A stretch of 64,000 nt of DNA from an uncultured delta proteobacterium (GTDB taxonomy: Bacteria > Desulfobacterota > Binatia > UBA9968). The stretch's first letter is position 1. Each line of letters starts with the position of its first letter. The notes beneath the pieces are model-generated. The model made no database searches, was not told where the DNA came from, and saw nothing but the letters and a program-made list of their open reading frames with translations. Below are positions 57,164 through 64,000 of the stretch, piece after piece. The position numbers were made by a program, and so were the translations under genes. The DNA lies in assembly GCA_963745035.1 (NCBI GenBank), contig CAVUVW010000017.1, positions 288,001 through 352,000 of the forward strand. The letters run 5' to 3'.

Positions 57164-59991
57164 GAGCGCTCTCCTCGGCCGCCGGCCGAGCGCCGGCGCG
57201 CGCTTCTTGAATCAGCAAAGCCACGGGAAAATGTTGAAAAACCTTTGCGAGGGGCAAGAGATTCCCTGCCGCTTCGATGAGCTCACCGCTGACCACATCG
57301 CGCCAATACTCGGGCGCTTCCGGAGACAGACGGAGCGTGCTCGATTCCCAGAATTCCGCCAACGGCATACCGCCGCGAAACACCGTTGCGCCGATCAAGC
57401 GCGGCACGATCGTGATGGCCCAGGAGCCATTCGAACGCCGGGCAAAAGCGCAGACCCGGTCTTTCATCGCGCCTTCGGCCTGCAGCGGCAGATATTCCCC
57501 CTCGACGAAAAGCGCGGCGGACTCCCGGCGCGCGGTCAACAGTTTGTAGCTGAGGTAAAGTTTGATCCGGCCGTCCTGCCAGCGCGCGAGCAAATCTCTC
57601 AGCAAAGCAATGCGATCCCGCGCTTCGGCGGTCTTAAGGTCCGCGAGCTGACGGCGCCGCTCGGCAAAGTCCACCGGTCGGCGGTTGTCCGGATCGACGA
57701 AGCTCAAATCCCAAAACTCCGTGCCCTGATAGGTATCCGGCACTCCGGGAGCGGTCATTTTCAACAACGTCTGCGCCAGAGAAAGCAACATGCCGCTGTG
57801 AGCTACGCTTTCGGCGAACGGCACGAAATCGGCCAGGAACCGATTGTCATCGCCGGGCCGCAAGATCGCCTCGGCAAAATCGATAAAGCCCTTTTCGTAA
57901 TCCTCGTCGGGCTTGAGCCATTCGGTGTGGACCTTGGCCTCGCGCACCGCCTTTACGAGGTAGGCTTTCAGACGCTCGATAAATTCCCCGTCATGCGCGC
58001 CGGCGGCGGGATAGGCGCCGAGCAGAGTTTGATAGAGAAAGTACTCGTCGTTGCGGTCGGGAACCTCCCCGCCGCGGATCTTGGCCTTGTGCGAACGGTT
58101 AATTCTGACCCAGTTTTTCAGCCGCTCTTCCCACTCGCGCGGCAATTCCGACAAGACAGTGATCCGCGCGCGCGCGTCTTCGCCGCGCTTGGTGTCGTGG
58201 GTCGCCGTGGCGTTCATCGCGTGCGGCCAGCGCCGGCGGCGCCGGTTGAAATCGTGAAATTCATCGACCGTCACGCCGAACCGATCCGGGTCGCCGCCGA
58301 CGTCATTGAGCGACACCAGGCGGTTATAGACGTACAAGGTCGTGTCCTCGAAACCCTTCGCCATCAGCGGCCCGGTGAGCTGCTGGAAGCGCATGACGAA
58401 ATGAATCCAATGATTTTTTTCCTCCTCGCTCTGGTGCTCGCTGAAATCGAGCAGCAAAAATCGTCTGATGAAATTGAGCTCGAGCAGCAATCCGGCATTG
58501 CCCGCTTTGGCGCGCTCGACGGCGGTGCTCAGCCAATGCCGGTCTTGGGCGCTGCAATGGCCGGGGCTGACATAGCTTCGGTAAACCGGAAAATAGGCCA
58601 GTACTTCGACCAGCGCTCGCTTGAGACCGTAGAGGGTCACGTCGGCGGCGTGGCGGTCGCGGCTCGACACGCTTCTCAGCAGAAAGGCCAGGCCTTCGAT
58701 ATCGCCCGCCATGTACTTGCCGATGATCAGCCGTTTTTTTTCGACCATGAGCATGCGCGGCAGGACGTGTGAGGCCGGTGAACCGCTCGTAGATCTGGCT
58801 GAACAGCCGGCGCTGTTCGCGCGCGCGCAGAAAATCCCGTTTACGTAATTGAGAAACTCGTAGCCGGTGCTTCCCTGCACCGGCCATTCGGTCGGCAGAT
58901 CTTCGTCGAAGGCGAGAATTTTTTCCACGATCAGGTAAGATGTCGGGAAGATCCCGCCGCAGCCGCATGAGATAGCCGAGCGGATCGTACAGGCCGTCGA
59001 CGTGATCGATCCGCAGGCCGGTGAATTTGCCTTCGCCGCAAGCTTGAGCACCAGCGCGTGGGTATGGCGGTAAACCCGCTCCTCTTCCATGCGCAGCGAG
59101 ATCAGCTCGTTGATGTTGAAGAATCTCCGATAGTCGAGCTCTTCGGCGGCGACTTTCCAAAACGACAGCCGATACCATTGCTGCGACAGCAGACGATCGA
59201 GCTGGTTGAAGCTTTCCGGCTCGCCCTGGATGCCGTTGAACCGCGCCACATTGTCGTCGAGGTGGCGGCGGATCGCCTCGTTGCCGCTGTAGAGCTCCCA
59301 GAGAATGCGTTTGACGAAAACGATCTGGTCGGCGCGCTCGGCGCGCGTCCTGTCTGGGCGCGATGTTTTTCAGCGCGTAGAGCACGCCCAGGAGCTTGAT
59401 GTAGTCGAGATGATCGGCGCCGATCCGCCTTCTGAGCGCCGGCAGATTGTCGGTCAGGACCTCGCTGTAGGCTTCGATGTTGACCGGCAAGGTCAGCGAA
59501 AAATAGACGATGTGCAGGCCACGTTCATCGTAGCGCAGACTGATTTCGCCGTTCTCCAGGCACTCGCCGTAGAAGCGGCCCAGGAACGGCGCGAGCACCT
59601 TCCCTTTCATGCTCTCATAGGGATGATTCCATTGAATGTCGAAGAAGTCGGCGTAGGGCGAAGCCGGACCGTTCTCAAGCACGTCCATGAGCAGCCGGTT
59701 CTGCGAATCGTAGGCCATGTGATTGGGCACGATGTCTTGCAGCCAGCCGAGCCCGGCGCCGCTGCGCCGAAGCGACCAGCGCCTCGAACTCCTCGACGGT
59801 GCCGAGCTCAGGGTTGAGCCGGTTCGGATCGACGACGTCGTAACCGTGCTGGCTTCCCGGCCGCGCATGAAAGATCGGCGAGGCGTAGATGTCGGTGATG
59901 CCGAGGTCGCGCAGATAATCGATCACGGCCTGGGCCTGAGCGAAGCCGAAATCCGGCGTGAACTGCAGCCGGTAAGTTGCCCCGGGAATTC

Positions 59992-59995
<4 letters not shown>
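57135..59995 (-). CDS. treY: Malto-oligosyltrehalose synthase (several indels)
   Basis: [65 protein letters not shown] and [11 protein letters not shown] across three frames. Confidence 0.92.
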
Positions 59996-62234
<2,239 letters not shown>

Positions 62235-62238
<4 letters not shown>

Positions 62239-64000
62239 GCTCGATTCTCCTGCTGAAAAAGCACAGCGGCGTACGCGCCGAGCGCAATCGATATTTTTTT
62301 CCCGCCGTCAACGCCGCCGGGGCTTTCGCTCCCCGTGCCGCCCCAGCGAGACTCGGTCGAATCGAATACCTTACGCCAGCGTCCCGGCGCGAGAGGAATA
62401 TCCACCTTGTGCCGCCCACCGTCGAGGTTCGCCAGCATGAGCACCCGATCATTTTCCCAATGGCGCTCGACTGCGAGTACTTTTTCTTTGGAGTAATCCG
62501 TTACAGTGGTGGCGTTTTTCTCCGCGCGCGCCAGCGCCGGCAGGGATTTTCGCAGGCGCATCAGCTCGCGATAAAATTCCAGCAACGTTTTATGCTCGCC
62601 GCCGGCACGCAAATCGTGGCGCAGCTTGGCGCTCAAGAAAGTCGCCTCGTCCTGCGGGTCGGGAACCTCGCCCTGCCACTGAAACGAGGCGAACTCCTCG
62701 CGCCGGCCGCGGCGCACCGCAGCGATCAGCTCGGGATCGGAATGGCTGACGAAGTAGGGAAACGGCGCTTTCTCGCCGTATTCTTCGCCCATGAACAAAA
62801 GCGGCACGAAGGGCGAGAGGATGACCAGAGAGGCCGCAAGCTTGAGCTGCTCGAGCGAAAGCGTCTCGCTCAACCGATCGCCGCGCATGCGGTTGCCGAT
62901 CTGATCGTGGTTCTGTGAAAACACCACGAACTTGCGCGCGGCGATATCCGCCGACGGGCTGCCATGCCGGCGTTTGCGGAACGGCGAATACTCGCCGGTG
63001 TAGATGAAGCCTTCGCGATAGGCTTTGGCGAGCTGACTGAATTCGCCGTAGTCTTCGTAGTAGCCGGCGCGCTCGCCGGTAAGCAAGGTGCGCAGAGCAT
63101 GATGGAAATCGTCGTTCCACTGGCCGTCCAAGCCGTAGCCGCCGCGCTCGCGCGGGCGCAGCAAGCGCACGTCGTTGTCGGCGCTTTCGGCGATCAGCAG
63201 CATGCGCCGCCCCGAGCGTTCCGCGGCGCCCTCGACCGCGCCCGTGAGATCCTCGAGAAACGTGATCGGCGAGTGGTCGAGAATGGCGTGGACCGCGTCG
63301 AGGCGGAGCGCGTCGATCCGGCAATCGCCGAGCCAGTAGAGCGCGTTCTCGATGAAAAATTCCCGCACCTGGTCGCTGTAAGCGCCGTCGAAATTGAGCG
63401 CCGGCCCCCAGGGCGACTGATAGCGGTCGGTGAAGTACGGCCCAAAGTCGCCGAGATAGTTACCTTCGGGACCGAGATGGTTGTAGACGACGTCGAGCAC
63501 GACCGCGAGACCCCGCCGGTGGCAGGCGTCGACCAATTTTTTTAAGCCGGCGGGGCCACCGTAGGCGTGGTGCGCCGCGAACGGATAAACGCCGTCATAG
63601 CCCCAGTTGCGCGCGCCCGGAAACTCGGCCACCGGCATGAGCTCGACCGCGGTGATGCCCAGATCGGCGAGATGATCGAGATGAGGAATAACCGCCTCGA
63701 AAGTTCCCTCCGGCGTGAAGGCACCGATGTGAAGCTCGTAGATGACGTAGTCGTCGAGCGCCGGGCCGGACCACTGCGGATCGTCCCAGGAAAATTGCTC
63801 GTCGACTATCGCCGACGGGCCGTGAACGCCTTGCGGCTGCGAGCGTGAAGTCGGGTCGGCGCGCTCGCTTTCCGGTCCAAGGCGGTAGCGGTACAGATCA
63901 CCCGGCGCCACGCCCTCGACGATCGCCTCGTGATAGCCGTGCCCGCTCTTTTCGAGTGGAATGAGCCTATCGGTGCCGAGCAGGCGCACGCCGACCGGCG
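62235..64000 (-). CDS. treZ: Malto-oligosyltrehalose trehalohydrolase (5' end outside the window)
   Basis: [60 protein letters not shown] and LLFMGEEY. Confidence 0.93.

Overview
GC-rich bacterial DNA, probably a long-read assembly: single-base indels split even selA, selB, glgC, treS and treY. The gene content suggests a soil Candidatus Binatia / Deltaproteobacteria-like organism (inference). There are four blocks. (1) 1-26.6 kb: a catabolic and scavenging region with seven orphan SsuA/NMT1-type solute-binding proteins, a TctC/Bug receptor, three amidohydrolase_2 enzymes, a FAD monooxygenase, an EntE-like adenylating enzyme, a cupin, an SDR, AzlCD, and a hydantoinase/oxoprolinase A gene with two B paralogues. 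(2) 27.2-31.8 kb: a selA-selB-selD operon. (3) Two convergent alpha-glucan/trehalose operons, malQ-glgA-glgC-GH57 and treZ-glgX-treY-glgE-treS/mak. (4) Between those operons, a signalling island with histidine kinases, receivers, a GlrR-like sigma54 activator and a CdaA-YbbR diadenylate cyclase. The main result is two selenoproteins that the ORF track truncates. SelD has an in-frame UGA (AAG-U-AAK). A glutaredoxin-like UxxC domain (QPG-U-SSC) is fused to a DinB-type domain at 11748-12522. Both UGAs are followed by hairpins with unrelated stems but the same AGUUU apical loop, consistent with a lineage-specific SECIS. Several families of short palindromic or tandem repeats fill the intergenic spaces, and one copy sits in frame inside a kinase domain.
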